Source: Camelus ferus (Eukaryota). Taken from it: a stretch of 64,000 bases of DNA. This document shows, piece after piece, positions 25,386-38,576 of this stretch (position 1 is the stretch's first letter; every line of letters begins with the position of its first letter). The translations under genes were made by a program, and so were the position numbers. The notes below the pieces were generated by a model. It did not search any database and had not been told where the DNA came from. It saw only the letters and a list, made by a program, of their open reading frames with translations. The stretch spans positions 111,664,001 to 111,728,000 of the forward strand of contig NC_045697.1 of assembly GCF_009834535.1 (NCBI RefSeq). The letters run 5' to 3'.

Positions 25386-25961
25386 AAAGAAAAAGCCAGG
25401 TGAGGAGGAGGGGAATTCTCTGAAATTGGAAATAGTAATAGTTTCATTTTTACAAATGAGGAAACTGAGCCCAAAGAACTTATATAAAGTGTCCAAGATC
25501 ACAGCCTTAATGAGATGCAGAATTCAAAGCTCCATGACTAATTCCAGAGCCCTGGCTTAACCAGTTTACTGCACCTGTTAAAATACATGTCTTGACATAA
25601 TAACTAAATGTCATGTGTGACCCTTGATTGGGTGGGAGATGGGGGGATTGTGGGGAGTGGGGGAAGCAGCAAAAAAGACATTTGGGGGACAATTTAGCAA
25701 ATTCTTTTACCATGGATTTGTAAATATGTAATTACTATTAGTTTTCTTGTGATAATAATTTTGTAGTTAAGTAGGAAAATGTCCTTATTTTTAGACAATG
25801 AAGTATCCAGGAATGAAGTTTCATTATGTCCTCAACCTTTAGATGATTCAGTTAAAAAAATGTGTGACATGCACACAAGGGCACGCCCTCACACAGAGCA
25901 ACTGTTGGCATAATATTAACAACTGTTGAATCAATGTGGATGTTCATTCTACTAGTCTTTC

Positions 25962-26598
25962 TGTTGCTGGTAGATGTAACTGGTGTTCCAGGTTCTTTCC
26001 CATCCCAGAAAGAATTTAGAGACAAGACACAGTTGTTAACAGAAGTAAAGTGAGGATTTATTAAAGGATGGATAGTGCACACCCAAGGGGAAAGCGGGCA
26101 GGTAAGCGGCTGCCCTGAGTTTCTTTGGCAAGTTGGTTACATAGAGTGTAAAAATGAACGGGCAGAATATTCATTAGGGAAGGAAGGGTTTGGGATCGTA
26201 TTTCCTGATTTTTATCCCAACTTCACCTTTCCAAAGAAAGGAGGGATTTTTGTCCTTATTTAGTCTGGATCAGAAGTGTCATGGCATCAGTGCATAATGG
26301 GTACTTCTTATCTGCAAGGCTAATTTTATTGTAATGAGCAGAAGGGTACATTTGGACACCTGCCTTTTCTCACCTTTATTTGCTGGCCTCCAGGCTGTGT
26401 ATCACCCCCAAAGGTGTGACCACTTATCAGTCCAGAGGTTCCTGCTTTTCCTTCTCTGCTTAGGGACCCCTCGTGCTTACATGGTGTATAGTTTCCTGCA
26501 TTTGGCCTGTGTCTCTCTTTCTGCCCAATTCTTGCCGTTTGGTCTGTGTCCTCTCCTTTCTCTGTTCATAACTAGCTAGATATCTGCCTGCTCTAACA
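25962..26598 (-). mobile_element. ERV1-type solo LTR upstream of the TMEM192 promoter
   Basis: tgttg...taaca ends, perfect TSD TTTC (25958-25961 and 26599-26602), minus-strand AATAAA (~26057). Splits an ancient L1 3' end. Confidence 0.85.
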
Positions 26599-27254
26599 TT
26601 TCTACATTTCCATAGGCTTGAAAATTTTAAAAAGAAAATGTTGAGGGGAAATGCATGTTTAGACAAGGCTCTTAAGAAATAATTCATATAACCTCAGGAT
26701 ATTTTAAAGATTTAAAAATTTCATGAGATTTTAAAGATCAGGTGGAGTCTTACAGCATCTTCTCTTTTGCTGGTATTTAAACGATTTTATTTCACCAACG
26801 GTAGGAACAAGATTACACCGTACACAATGTACAAATACGCATTAAAAGTATGGAAGTGTATGTATTCATGTATTCTAGTATCAGCATTACCTATGGGGAT
26901 TAGTATTAACAGAAAATTTTACTTACATTTTCACAACTATCATGTATTTTCAGAAAATGTTATAAAAATGTAGTTCCATTTTTTAAAAGTCCTAAACATT
27001 TCTTATTGCCTCATGTCCCACTGGTGGAATCTGTAAATACTCATAGAAATTAGTCTTTCTTCTGTTCGTGTTTTGAGCGATAAATGGGAACCTAGGATTC
27101 TATCGCTGATTCTATGCATGGGGCAGTGCTGCAAACAAAAATTAAGTAAGACGGAGAAAAGTTAATGTTTTACAAAGCAGCAAGTGGCTACTAAAAATAT
27201 TTCAGTTCTTGGACTTGGAATGCATCCTTTAGTGCCAAAATCTCCGCCAACCTG

Positions 27255-28010
27255 GAACGCAAGGGGAGGTTGCGGGGTCTCCCAGAAACACAGACCGTCC
27301 TAGCCGCAGCGGAGGCCCCAGGCTGGTCTTCAGGAAGAGGCACGCCCCTTCCGCATAGACCAATCGGGAGCGAGGTGTCGGGGCCGCCCCCTCTGCATCG
27401 GCTAATAGAAGCGAGGCGGCGGGGCCAGGAAGGCCTCGGGCCGCGGGGCCCGTCCTCTGCGCCTCGGCTAATCGGCAGGGAGGGGCGGGCCCTGGGGCGG
27501 GTTCCGGAAGGCGGCGCGAGGCGCAGGTGCGGAGGCCGGGCTGCCCGGCTGCGGCCTCGGGCGGCGGGGCTGCAGCCTCCGGCGGCGGGCAGTATGGAGG
27601 ACGTGAGTGCGCAGATGCAGATGGCGGGCGGCCGGCCTGGATCCCCAATTCCGGAGCTGGGCGCGCTGGGCGGAGACGGGGGTGGGGACAGCCTTGGCCC
27701 GAGGGGCGCCTCCTGCGCCGTGCTGCCGGGGCGCGGGGTCGTGGGAGGAAGCACCCGGGAGGCGGCGGGGTCCGCGCCGCGCCGGCCCTGGGGTTGTTTT
27801 CCTAGCGGAGGCCGGGCGGTCGCCTAGCCCCATGCGGGCGTTTGTCGGGTCCCGGAACTGGGGCGGCCCGCGGTTCGCATGTGGGGCGTCTGGCCGCTGG
27901 GACGCAGGACGTCCCGCTCTTCGTGGACCCGGGGCTTGGCCCTGAGGGCTATGAACTGGAGCGGCAGCGGCTTCCTGGGCAGACCTGTCCCTGTCATCGC
28001 CCGGAAACCC
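27255..28010 (+). promoter_or_regulatory. CpG-island promoter of TMEM192
   Basis: Abrupt GC/CpG-rich block spanning exon 1. CCAAT at 27361, two GCTAAT variants (~27400, ~27467), GC boxes (~27383, 27482, 27494), ETS/GABP-type TTCCGGAAG at ~27502. No obvious TATA box. Confidence 0.9.
27594..27602 (+). CDS. TMEM192: TMEM192 coding exon 1 (MED)
   Basis: agtATGG in strong Kozak context (A at -3, G at +4) inside the CpG island. ATG GAG GAC is followed by a consensus donor GTGAGT at 27603 (phase 0), joining in frame to GSLD in exon 2. This matches the recalled human ...RMEDGSLD. Confidence 0.88.
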
Positions 28011-31000
28011 TCACTGGATATAAACAGTGTCGTGATGTTTTGAATCGAGTCATGGTAGGAATGAAGGGATTTTTAAATCTCCTTCCTTTAATGGATCCAA
28101 ACCAAATTGCTAAGAAACCAGTGCCCTAGTTACAGTGGATATAGTGTATATGGGAGTGAAGGGTAGTTAGAAAAATCTTTGCTTAAGTGCATTAAAACAT
28201 TGTTTAGAGGAAGCATGTGTTTGTGCTCAGAATTAACTGGGTTGCCCATTGACACGAAATAAATTCTTGCCTAGAAGAAATGCAATGTTGACAGTTATAT
28301 TAAAGCACTAATTTGGGTTAATGAAGTAATAGAAATATTACTGTAATCTTAGCACTGAGTGAAGTGCATCGGGCAAGGCACATGAAACACAGTTCCAGTC
28401 CTACAAGACTTTAGATCCTTGTGCAAATAGTGACCAATTTCTAATGATAAAACTAAAGAATTTTATTTTTTCAGTTGAGAAAATGGAAAGTAACTGTAAG
28501 CCCTGAAAGTAGATTTAAGACTTGTACATATTTAAAGAAAAATGGATTTTTTTCTAAATTTTTAAGGGTGAGATTCAGGAGCTGACAATGTATGGAGAAA
28601 ATGAGTATCTGAGAGGAACATGAGACTCTTGGAAAAATTTTTGGTTAGGGCTAAGCTGCCTCGGGTTCTTGGATCTGTAGCTTTTAGCTTTAGGATGAGT
28701 ACAATCCTAGAAATTTGTTTCACCACACAATTGGAGAGTAATGTTTCACCAACAACTACATAACTAAATCACTTTAGATCTGAGTAAGTTGCTTGCTTTT
28801 GGTATTTTTGTGGGTATGATTTCTACCACGAAGTAAAAGGCTAAAAAACCATGTCTTAGGCCCAGACACTTAAATGAGTTAAAAGAGGCAAAGGTTTTTT
28901 GTTAGGGTTCCTTGCTTGCAAGCGGGCAAACCTACTCAGGCTACTTTAAGGAAGAAAGAGATTTATTCCAAAGGATATAGGGTAGATGAACATCTAAGCC
29001 TCTGAAAGGACCCAAACAAGGGCAGCTCAGCAGATCCAGTGACAGGAATTCTTTCAGTGTCTGTGGTGGGATGGGGCTCCCTCAGTCACCGCCTCCCTCC
29101 CTTTGCTGCTCCCAGAGACAGTTGGATTGGCCCCGCCCTCTTTGGTTCCATGACCACCCCTAGGCCCGAGGAAGGTGAGGAGCATCAAAGGATGATCCCC
29201 TTGAGACATAATGCAGAGGTAGACATTGGGTCCCCAAAGGAGGCAGAAGTATTGTCATAAAAGAAGAGGGAAGAGATGGTGTGGGCCAAAAACAGACATC
29301 TATCTTCTCCAGGTAGCGATGTAGTTATTAATCGTGGGAATGAAGAGATTGGCTCAGGGTCATCTTCCCTTCACCTGTCACTTGCAGATGGCGAGTTACA
29401 GAGAATGACAGGGTGCAGGGTGCTGTTTGCATGGTTTTCCTACATTTCCTTTAGGATCCAGAGGACAGTGTATTTGATATAGCCACCAAATACATTGTAT
29501 TTCTTGAAAAGTGAATAAGTGACATAGAGGAGAAACTGTATTGCTCCCAACCCCTTCAGTGCAGTCAGGGAAAACAAAAGGCCTGCTCATAAAGGAAACA
29601 ATACAAGGCAGCATGACTAATGGTCCGAATTAATATTACAGGTATTACGTTTTATAGGAGTTTTAAATGTAGAAAGAAAACACTTGGCAGGACAAGTTTT
29701 GTAGAGACCATAAGTCTTGATTGGACCTTGAATGATGAGTTGGATTCTGAAAAAGAGAAGAGAGGATATTTGTGGAGCAATCCAGAAAGCTCATTTTGGC
29801 TGGAGGAGAAGTTGCATGAAGGGGACCTTGTGGGAGATAAGGTGGACTATTGTCTTAGAGTCAAGGTACTACCTTTTTAAAAAATTTCCAGATCCCAACT
29901 GTTCAGGAAGTTGGGCCATCTTTCAAAAGAGTTGAGTGAATACTCAACACACATATTGAGCACCTGCTGTGTATCAGGCACTAAGGGTACAAAGAACATG
30001 GCATAATGCAGAGTCCTGCCCTTCTGAGGCATATCTCATCCCAATCGCTGGGATACCTCGTGCTTAGGACTGTGAGTTATAATAGTGTAAGAGAGTAGTG
30101 GGGACTTCTTTTCCTGGCCAACATGAAGGATCCTGCCTCAAAGAACCCAAAACCAGTATATAATGTATGAATTGTCAATTTTTGCGATAGTGGACATCAG
30201 ATAGTGAAGGACCATGGTCTCTGAGGGATGGGGAACAAGTGTTGTGAGCCCTGTGCTTGCCCCAGCTCACTGCCTTGAGAGAGCTTGGGGGCTGTGACTG
30301 AGGAAGGGGGACCAGGCGGGGCTTTAGGAGACCCAGAGTTGAGGGAGGTGCAGCTGAATCTGGGGAGATGGAGGCAGCTGGACTTCACAGGACATAGGGC
30401 CCAGAGAGCAGAGCGCTGTGCAGAAGGAGAGCTCAGGAGAGGTGCAGAGTCCCCGCACGTGTCCAGCTGAGTCCTGATCTGCTTTCTTCCAAGGAAACTC
30501 TCTGAGGACTGGCAGAGAACCACCTGGAAGGATTAGAAGGAGCAGGGCCAGGAATAGTACCTGTGCTACCAGCCTGACAGGAAGCCTCGTAATCACACGG
30601 TACTAGGTAGAGTGTTCAGAAAAGTCATGCCTCACTTGTGGGGAATAATTAGCATCAGGCCAAACATGGTATGGCCCCACCTACAGAGCACCTTAAAAGA
30701 AAGACCAGAAAGATCAAACTGTTTCAAATGACTGAACTAAATCCCAGAACAAAGCTCAAGAATATTTACAGGAATACAAATACGTCCAGCACTCAGAGGG
30801 GTAAATTTTGCAATGTCTGGCATCCAATCCAAAATTACTAGGCTTCTGTAATTACGTGATATGATGGAGGTATTAGCTAATGCTGGTAACAGCTAATGCT
30901 GGTGGTCGTCATTTTGCAACATATAAGTGTATCAAATCAACTCATGGTACACCTTTAACTTATACAGCGTGACATGTCAATTATATCTCAACAAAGTGGG

Positions 31001-33528
31001 AAAAAAATGATCACGGCACGCAAAGAGACAGCGGAATATGACACATAATGAGTCAATTAAAACTGATTCAAAAATGATGTGCTAGGAATAGCAAACCAGG
31101 ACATTAAAAAATTACAACTCTTTCCTATATGATCCAAAGGTTAAAAAGACACACAGGAGATATAAAATAGACCCACTCAAACTTGTAGAAATGAAAACTA
31201 CAACGCCAGGGGACAAAGGCAGTAGGAACAGTGTGGAGGCATCAGAGGAGGCAGCATTTTTACTGAAACAAACCTTTGACAGGTGAAGAGGCCCAGGGAT
31301 TCGGAGGGTTTCTGGACAGACTGAAACTGAACAGTCAGCATCAGGTGGAGAGAGGCGGTGAGAGGCCGATCCAGACAAGTTGCTTGGGACGGGACTGTAA
31401 GGCAGACAGCCGGACTAAGAATTCGGACTTGGTCCTGAGGATAATGGGGAGGAAGCCAAGGTATAGGGGGAGAGAAACTTGAGTGTTCATTTTGGAAGAA
31501 CTCTGGCTCCAGTGAGAAAGGTCACGAAGGTCTGGAGATGGGAGGGTCCTAGTAAAGGCCACGAGACCTGCCACGAGGGCCTGGACTGAGGTGGTGAGAA
31601 CAGAAAGAAAAGAGCAGATCTAGCAGTTAGAATGGTAATGAAGTCTGCTTGGGGAGCAAAGGAAAGCAAGAGTTAGTGGACGCCAGGGCTGATACTTAGT
31701 GACCTTTGCTCCGTGCCAGGCAGTGTGCCAAGCACTTTTATGTTCACTGATGCCTTTGTCTTCCCAGCAAAGCTGGGAAGCAGGTGCTGCTCCCTCCTTT
31801 GTACAGGTGGGGGCGCTGAGGCGGAGAGGTGGGAGGCTTGCCCACAGCTCGAAGCACTTATGTTTGAACCCATGCCGCTCATCGGGGGAGCCCACCGTTA
31901 AGCACAGCACTTACTGCCTCTGGTCAGAGTGGTTTCTCCCCACGGTGCTTGATAATCTCTCTGATTAGCCCAGATCTTTGCTGATATCCTAGCTGAGTTA
32001 GAGGAAGGCAAGGACAGGTCTGCAGCATCTGTTCATTCATCCCATGTTGGCTGAGTGCCAATCATGAGTCCCTGTCGGGTGCTAGGATTGCAAAGGTGAA
32101 GAAGTGGGGAGTTAGTGGATCCTGTGACGTGATCTTGTGGGGAAGACAGATAAGACAGTATGATTGTGGAGGTGAGCGCAAAATGCTTGGGAAGACATGG
32201 GCCGCAGGTGGCAGGGGCCGTAGGGGAGATCCAGATGCTTGGGTGCTAGGGAAGGCTACCTGTGGGAGCTGCCTCAACTGGAGGGACAGCCTCGAGGGGT
32301 GCACAAGCCACGGAGGCAGCACAGCTCCTAACTGAGAAAGCTAGAGGCAGGGGAGTCTGGAAGGGAACAGTCTGGAACAGTCACAGCAGACTGAACAGGA
32401 AGCTATCCAGGCACTGAATAAAAAAACTGCAGCAGCGTTGAATGGCTGCAAGTGGAAATCGAGAAGCCCACCCAGATCTGGTCATGCCCCAGATTGCTGT
32501 GTTATCTTTAAATCCTGGTGCCCCACAGCCCATCCTTAACACCACTGGTCCCCCTTCCCAAGTGAGGAGCCCTTATCCTCTGACTCCACATCCTGTTCTC
32601 AGGCTTCCCTTTTCCCACCAAGTCTTCACTTCCCTCTCATTGTAGTGCAGTTAGCTAACCTAAATTGGTTGTGTCCTCTGTGCTGATCACTCGCTAATTT
32701 ATCATGTTCTTCCCCGCAGTATTCCATTCACTGTATTCTGCTGTGTAGTCTTGTGTTATTCAGTCATGCACGCCTTTATCCCTAACCTCTCTGATGCAAA
32801 TGTCATCTCCTTTTGACTGTGTCTTATTTTCCTTTGTCTCAGGAACAGTGCCTTGTATATAATAGTTTTCAGTAAGGATCTGAGATTGAGAGATTGTCAC
32901 GTGCACCAGAGACCTGAAGCACTCTTCCTGTCAAGACAGTACCTTTAAACACAACTCACTAGATTTTTCGGTTGCAGCTCAGCCTTTCTGGCTACTTCAG
33001 TGACATTGCAGCTAGTTGTTTCCATTGAGAAGCTGTTATCTACACTCTGAAGTCTATCAGGGGGGTCTGTTTCTATTAGTACTCCACAACACTTCCGTCA
33101 TACCTGAAAGTTTGTTCTAAGACCTCTTAAAAAAGACCAACTTTCCAAAATTTTGTGGAACGCCAAGATACCGTTTAAGAATTGCCATCATATGTAATTA
33201 TTTTATCAATAATATAAAAATGTTAATTAAATCAATATGTAAGTTTTGAGGTCTTGAAGAAAATTACTTGCTTTAATCTTGTGTATTTGAAGACAAATGA
33301 ATTAAGATTTCCTCGACCTATTTTAATAATTGTTGTTTTTACCAGTTTGTATGCAGTAGCCATCAAGAGGCTCATGGTAGTTCTTCAAAATTGGCTTTAG
33401 GTAGGGAGTGGGTTTTCTTGCCTCTATTTGTGTAATGGATTTTGAAATTTTACAGTTTAGTAGATTTGGCTGGGAGACATAATCCAAAAAGTGGTGATTA
33501 CAGCTTGCTTCCTTTTTTCTGCACCCAG

Positions 33529-33675
33529 GGTTCCTTGGATCTCATCCAAAGCATCGAAGATGACCCCCTCCTGGACATCCAGCATCTCCCCCATCACTCG
33601 TTACATGCTCATTTTAGACCCAGATTCCACCCTCTTCCTACAGTCATCATAGCAAACCTTCTCTTGCTAATACAT
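33529..33675 (+). CDS. TMEM192: TMEM192 coding exon 2 ([49 protein letters not shown])
   Basis: Polypyrimidine tract plus CAG acceptor (33527-8), 147 nt, donor GTAAGT at 33676. The peptide is recognisably the TMEM192 N-terminus with the DDPLL dileucine motif. Confidence 0.97.
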
Positions 33676-34106
33676 GTAAGTTGGTTGGAAGAAAGTGATC
33701 CATCCAGAGGTGACGTTTTTAAAAAAAACGTGTAAGCTCTTCAGAGAGCAGTTTGGCTATATCTATCAGCACTTAAAGTGTGCATGTTGTTTTACTCAAA
33801 TCTCGACTTCAAAGAATTTATTGTAGACACACCTGTGCACATGTGAGGACACTGCTTATGACATCAGTGCCGTCTGTGATGTGAGGAAACTGCAGACTAC
33901 CACCATCCAGAGGATGCTCTGTACATCCCATCCACATGAAGGAATGCGTATGCAGCGTTGAAAGAGAAACTTAGAAACCTGGGGTGGCTGTGTATATATT
34001 GAGACTAGCCTTCACAATTGCATTGTTGAATGGAAAAAAATGTAGTTCGCAGTGGTGTGCGCATTTTAAAAGGGAGTCAAGAGGGCTGTTGTTTGCATGG
34101 GTGATA

Positions 34107-35042
34107 TTGTGACTATGAGACATAGATTTGGAAATTCAGATGACTGAAATATAGTTCTCATATTGGTTTGGTCTTTGTCCGTGGTTCCCGGCTCGTAGCT
34201 CCCAAAGCGCTTGGAATTTCCTGAGGGATAAGAACAATGGGAGCATCTTTTGTTATATTTTTTGGTCTCTGGTTCTCAGTTCCTGAAATCCTTTCAGAGT
34301 CAGAGGTGAAATGGGTGTCATGATATTTATAACAACCCCTCCCCACCACTGCTGGGTTCATGTTAATGAGGTGACTTTGAACAGCACCTAAGGGTGGGTG
34401 CTGGTTGCCTGGGGAACCAACTAGAAATAGAGGATTGCAACTTTCAGCCCCACCCCCTGACCTCTGAGGAGGGGACAGGGTCTGGAGATTGGATCAACCA
34501 CCAGTGATTGGTGATTTAATCAACCGGGCCTATGTAGTGAGACCTCCATAAAGTCCCAAAAGGAGGGGTTCAGAGAGTGCGGGGTGGGGAGCCAGAACCC
34601 TTGTTGTGAACTGCCCTGCCGAGCCCCAAACTCCACTAGGACAGAAGCTCCTGTGTTTGGGACCTGGCCCAACGCACTCTTCATCAGGCTGTTGATTTGT
34701 AGTCTTTAATATTCTTCGTACGAAGCTGGTGATCTAGTGAGTAAACAAGTTTCCTGAGTTCTGTGAGCTGCTCTAGTAAATGAATTGAACCCAGGGAGGA
34801 GTTGGTGGGAACCTTTGGTTTGTAACTGGTTGGTAAGAAGCACTGGAACAACTTGGACTTGGAATTAGCATCAGACGCGGGGGCAGTCTTGCGGGACTGA
34901 GCTTTTAACCCCTGGGATCTGATGCTGTCTCCAGGTAGATCGTGTCAGAATTGAGTTGAATTGTGGGGCACCCAGCTGGTGTCAGAGCATTGTCCCCCCC
35001 CAGCCTCCCCAACATGTTGGAATTGGTACTAGAAACTTAACA
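34107..35042. mobile_element. MER21-like LTR in intron 2
   Basis: Motifs gagcatcttttgtta, gttaatgaggtgact, ttcctgagttctgtgagctgctctag, gggactgagc; homologous to 58673-59550. Confidence 0.75.
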
Positions 35043-35394
35043 TGTATTCCTTTATTCTGTAATGGAATATTTCCAGACGCGTTCACAAGACCCTTTGGAT
35101 ACTAGTTTCACTGAGGGCCTCAGTGGAAGGGACACCTAATATATTTTACTGTTTACTTTTTTGGACTATTTGAAAAAACAAATGTTTAACCCTATTCATG
35201 TATTACTTTTTCAGTCATAAAAACAGAAAAGATACAGATAAATCTGTATATGTTGACACAGAAGTTTATCAATTTATCTATACACCTAGGAAATAATGTG
35301 AAGCAGAGAAATCAGTTTACAGAAAAATAAGTATGATGTTGCCCCATGTTTTATATGACAAAATTACAAATCCCTGGGGATTTTCCAAAACAGA

Positions 35395-35675
35395 TATAGT
35401 GACTACTAGGTGAATAAATCCTTGAGATCTAGTGCACAGCATAATGATTATAGTCAACACTTAAGTATTATAAATTCGAAGTTGCTAGGAGACTAGGTAT
35501 CTTAATTGTTCTCACCACAAAAAAAGAGATGGTAATCATGTGGCATGGTAGAGGTGCTGGCTAAAGCAGTATATGAATGTTTCAGATCAACCCGGTGTAC
35601 ACTTGAAAGTTACACAATGTTATATGTCAGTTATATTCCAATAAAAATAAGCAAACAAATAAATAAATACATAAA
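35395..35675 (+). mobile_element. Old LINE-1 3' end
   Basis: gagatctagtgcacagcata...tgttctcaccacaa...tacacaatgttatatgtcagttatattccaataaaa plus an A-rich tail. Confidence 0.72.
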
Positions 35676-36708
35676 TTCAGCATCATAAAAACAAAGCAAA
35701 ACACATGTATGAATGGTTTTGCAGGCTTTTTGGTGGCTCTGCTCCATGTCTGTTCACTGTTTCCTCCATTTCAGTTATTGCAATCTCGGGCACTAGCGGG
35801 CTGTAGTCATTTGTTCTTCGCTGCAATGTGAAAAATCGAAAGAGGGCAAATTCTCCTTGGGTGTTCATGAGGTGGGTGGGTGTGGCTGGGGGTCTGCCCC
35901 AGCTGCTGCTCCAGTAAGTGCACCGAGGGAGACTTAAACTCAGAACCGAGTACACTGAGAGGTGCACCTGCTTTCTGCGTGTAGACCTAGTAAGTGGCCT
36001 GGTTCTGTCATGCCTTCCTGATCCCCAGGTACACCTGAAATGCTTCCTTTCTGCTTCCTTTTTGTATACTTTGTATAACATACTTTGTGTATGACACACA
36101 CACATCACTTTAACAAAAAACATTGTATTTTAGATCGCCTGCCTTTGATACTATGGGAGTGATTGTCCTAATTTTGGAACTAAGAAAGTCTTAAGTGTTA
36201 AAGAGCAATAAAAATGAATGTCTTTATATGCTACTCTACGTAAAATGGATCAGTTGGGTTCAATGTACAGCATATTACAGTAGGGGGAATATATTGACTT
36301 TTCCACTTTTTACTTTATGATGATCAGCATCCTGAGTTGCCATAGCAAATATTACTGCTCTTGAAAAATCACATGTATTTTTAAAAGATTTATTACATAA
36401 TAAGATTGGTGCTTGATGGCGGATGCTAATGACAGCATTTAAATTTTTCTTTATTTGATTTTTTTTAAAGTACAGAATAATACTTATTGTAACAAGTGAA
36501 ATATTACCAAAGTACGCAAAGATATAATCTTCCCTTCTCTTTGCTTCAGCCCTTCTCCCTGAGTTCATAAATCGGGTCAGTTTGTTGTATCTCTTTCCGT
36601 GTCATTTGTTAAGTTCATACATGTATGTACAAAAAGATTAACATATCATAAAAGGATGTCCCCCACTTCCCCCACAAATTGGATAATATGGTATTTATTA
36701 CTCGACAG

Positions 36709-36865
36709 CAGTGTTTCTCAGACTTGAACATTCATCAGACTCCCTGGCAGGCTTATTAAACTACAGATTGCTGCTTGCACCCCCCAGAGATTTTGATTCT
36801 GTGTGTCTGGGGTGGGGCCCGAGCATTTGCATTTCTAACTGATCTGGAGACCACAGTTTGAACTT
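36709..36865. mobile_element. MER5A-like hAT DNA transposon remnant
   Basis: cagtgtttctcagacttg...cagattgctg...ggtggggcccgagcatttgcatttctaac...gaccacagtttg. Confidence 0.75.
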
Positions 36866-36868
36866 GCG

Positions 36869-38576
36869 CTTTTTTTTTTTTTTTAATTGAAGTATAGTTG
36901 ATTTACAATGTTGTATTGGTTTCTGGTATACAGCATAGTGGATCAATTATAGATATATAGATATATATATTCTGTTTCATTATGTTATTATAAGCTATTA
37001 AATATAGTTCCCTGGGCTGTACAGTAGGACCTTGTTGTTTATCTATTTTATATATAGTACTTTGTATCTGCAGATCTCAAATTCCTAATTTATCCCTCCC
37101 CTCTTTTCCCCTTTGGTAACCATAAGTTTGCTTTCTATGTCTGCAAGTCTATTTCTGTTTTGTAAATAAGTTCATTGGTGTCATTTTTTTTTAGATTCTG
37201 CATATAAGTGGTATATATTTGTCTTTCTCTGTGTGACTTCACTTAGTATGATAGGTCCACCCGTATTGCTGCAAGTGGCATTATTTTTTATGGCTGAATA
37301 ATCCCTTATGTATATATACCACATCTTCTTTATCTAATCATCTATTGATGGACATTTAGGTTGCTTCTGTGTCCTGACTATTGCAAATAGTGCTGCTATG
37401 AACATTAGGGTGCATGTATCTTTTCAAGTTAGAGTTTTCTCAGATATATGCCCAGGTGTGGGATTGCTGGATCATAGTGTACGTCTATTTTCAGTTTTTT
37501 AAAGAATCTCCATACTGTTTTCCATAATGGCTGCACCAAACTACATTCCCACCAGCAGTGTAGGAGGGTTCCCTTGTCTCCACACCTTCTCCAGCATTTA
37601 TCATTCATGGACTTTTGAATGATGGCCATTCTGACTGGTTGAGTTGATAGCTCATTGTAGTTTTGATTTGCTTTTCTCTGATAATTAGTGATGTAGAGCA
37701 TGTTTTCATGTGCTTGATGGCCATCTATATGTCTTCTTTGGAAAAATGTCTTTTCAGGTCTTCTGCCTATTTTTTGATTGGATTGTTTGTTTTTTGTTAT
37801 TAAGTTGTATGAAACGTTTATATATTCTGGAAGTTAAGCCCTTGACAGTTGCATCATTTGCAGATATCTTCTCCCAGTCCGTAGGTTGTCTTTTTGTTTG
37901 TTTATGGTTTGCTTTGCTGTGCAAAAGTTTATAAATTTAAATAGGTCCCATTTGTTTATTTTTACTTTTATTTCCATTGCCTTGGTAGACTGATCTAGGA
38001 AAAGGTTGCTACAATTACGTCAGAGAATGTTTTGCCTATGTTCTTTTCTAGGAGTTTTGTGGTGTCTTGTCTCATGTTTAAGTCTTCAAGCCATTTTGAG
38101 TTTATTTTTGTGTATGGAGTGAGAGAGTGTTCTGACTTCATTGATTTACATGTGACTATCCAACTTTCCCAACACCACTTGCTGAAGAGAATGTCTTTTC
38201 TCCATTGTATATTCTTGCCTCCTTTGTCAAAGATTAATTGACCGTAAGTGTGTAGGTTTATTTTGGGGCTCTCTATTCTGTACCTTTGATCCAAATGTAT
38301 GTCTGTTTTTGTGCTAATACCATGCTGTTTTGATTACTGTAGCTTTGTAATTTTGTGTGAAGTCTGGGAAGGTTATTCCTCCAGTTTTGTTCTTTTTCTT
38401 CAGTATTGCTTTGGCATTTCTGGGTTTTTGTGATTCCATATAAATTTTAGGATTACTTGTTCTGGTTCTGTGAAAAATGTCCTGGGTAGTTTAATAGGGA
38501 TGGCATTAAATCTGTAGATTGCTTTGGGTAGTATGGCCATTTTAACAATATTAATTCTTCCAATCCAAGAACATGG
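36869..38576 (-). mobile_element. LINE-1 3' 1.7 kb, antisense in intron 2
   Basis: Poly(T) start, 3' UTR, and frameshifted ORF2 pieces ([40 protein letters not shown]). Confidence 0.93.

Noticed and set aside
27255..27620. TFEB CLEAR element in this lysosomal gene promoter
   Set aside because: No TCACGTGA found. The GACGTGAG at the exon 1 donor is explained by the codon and the splice site.
27191..28129. Several overlapping 90-190 aa ORFs on both strands
   Set aside because: These arise from stop-codon scarcity in the CpG island. Only ATG GAG GAC is supported by splice phase and homology.
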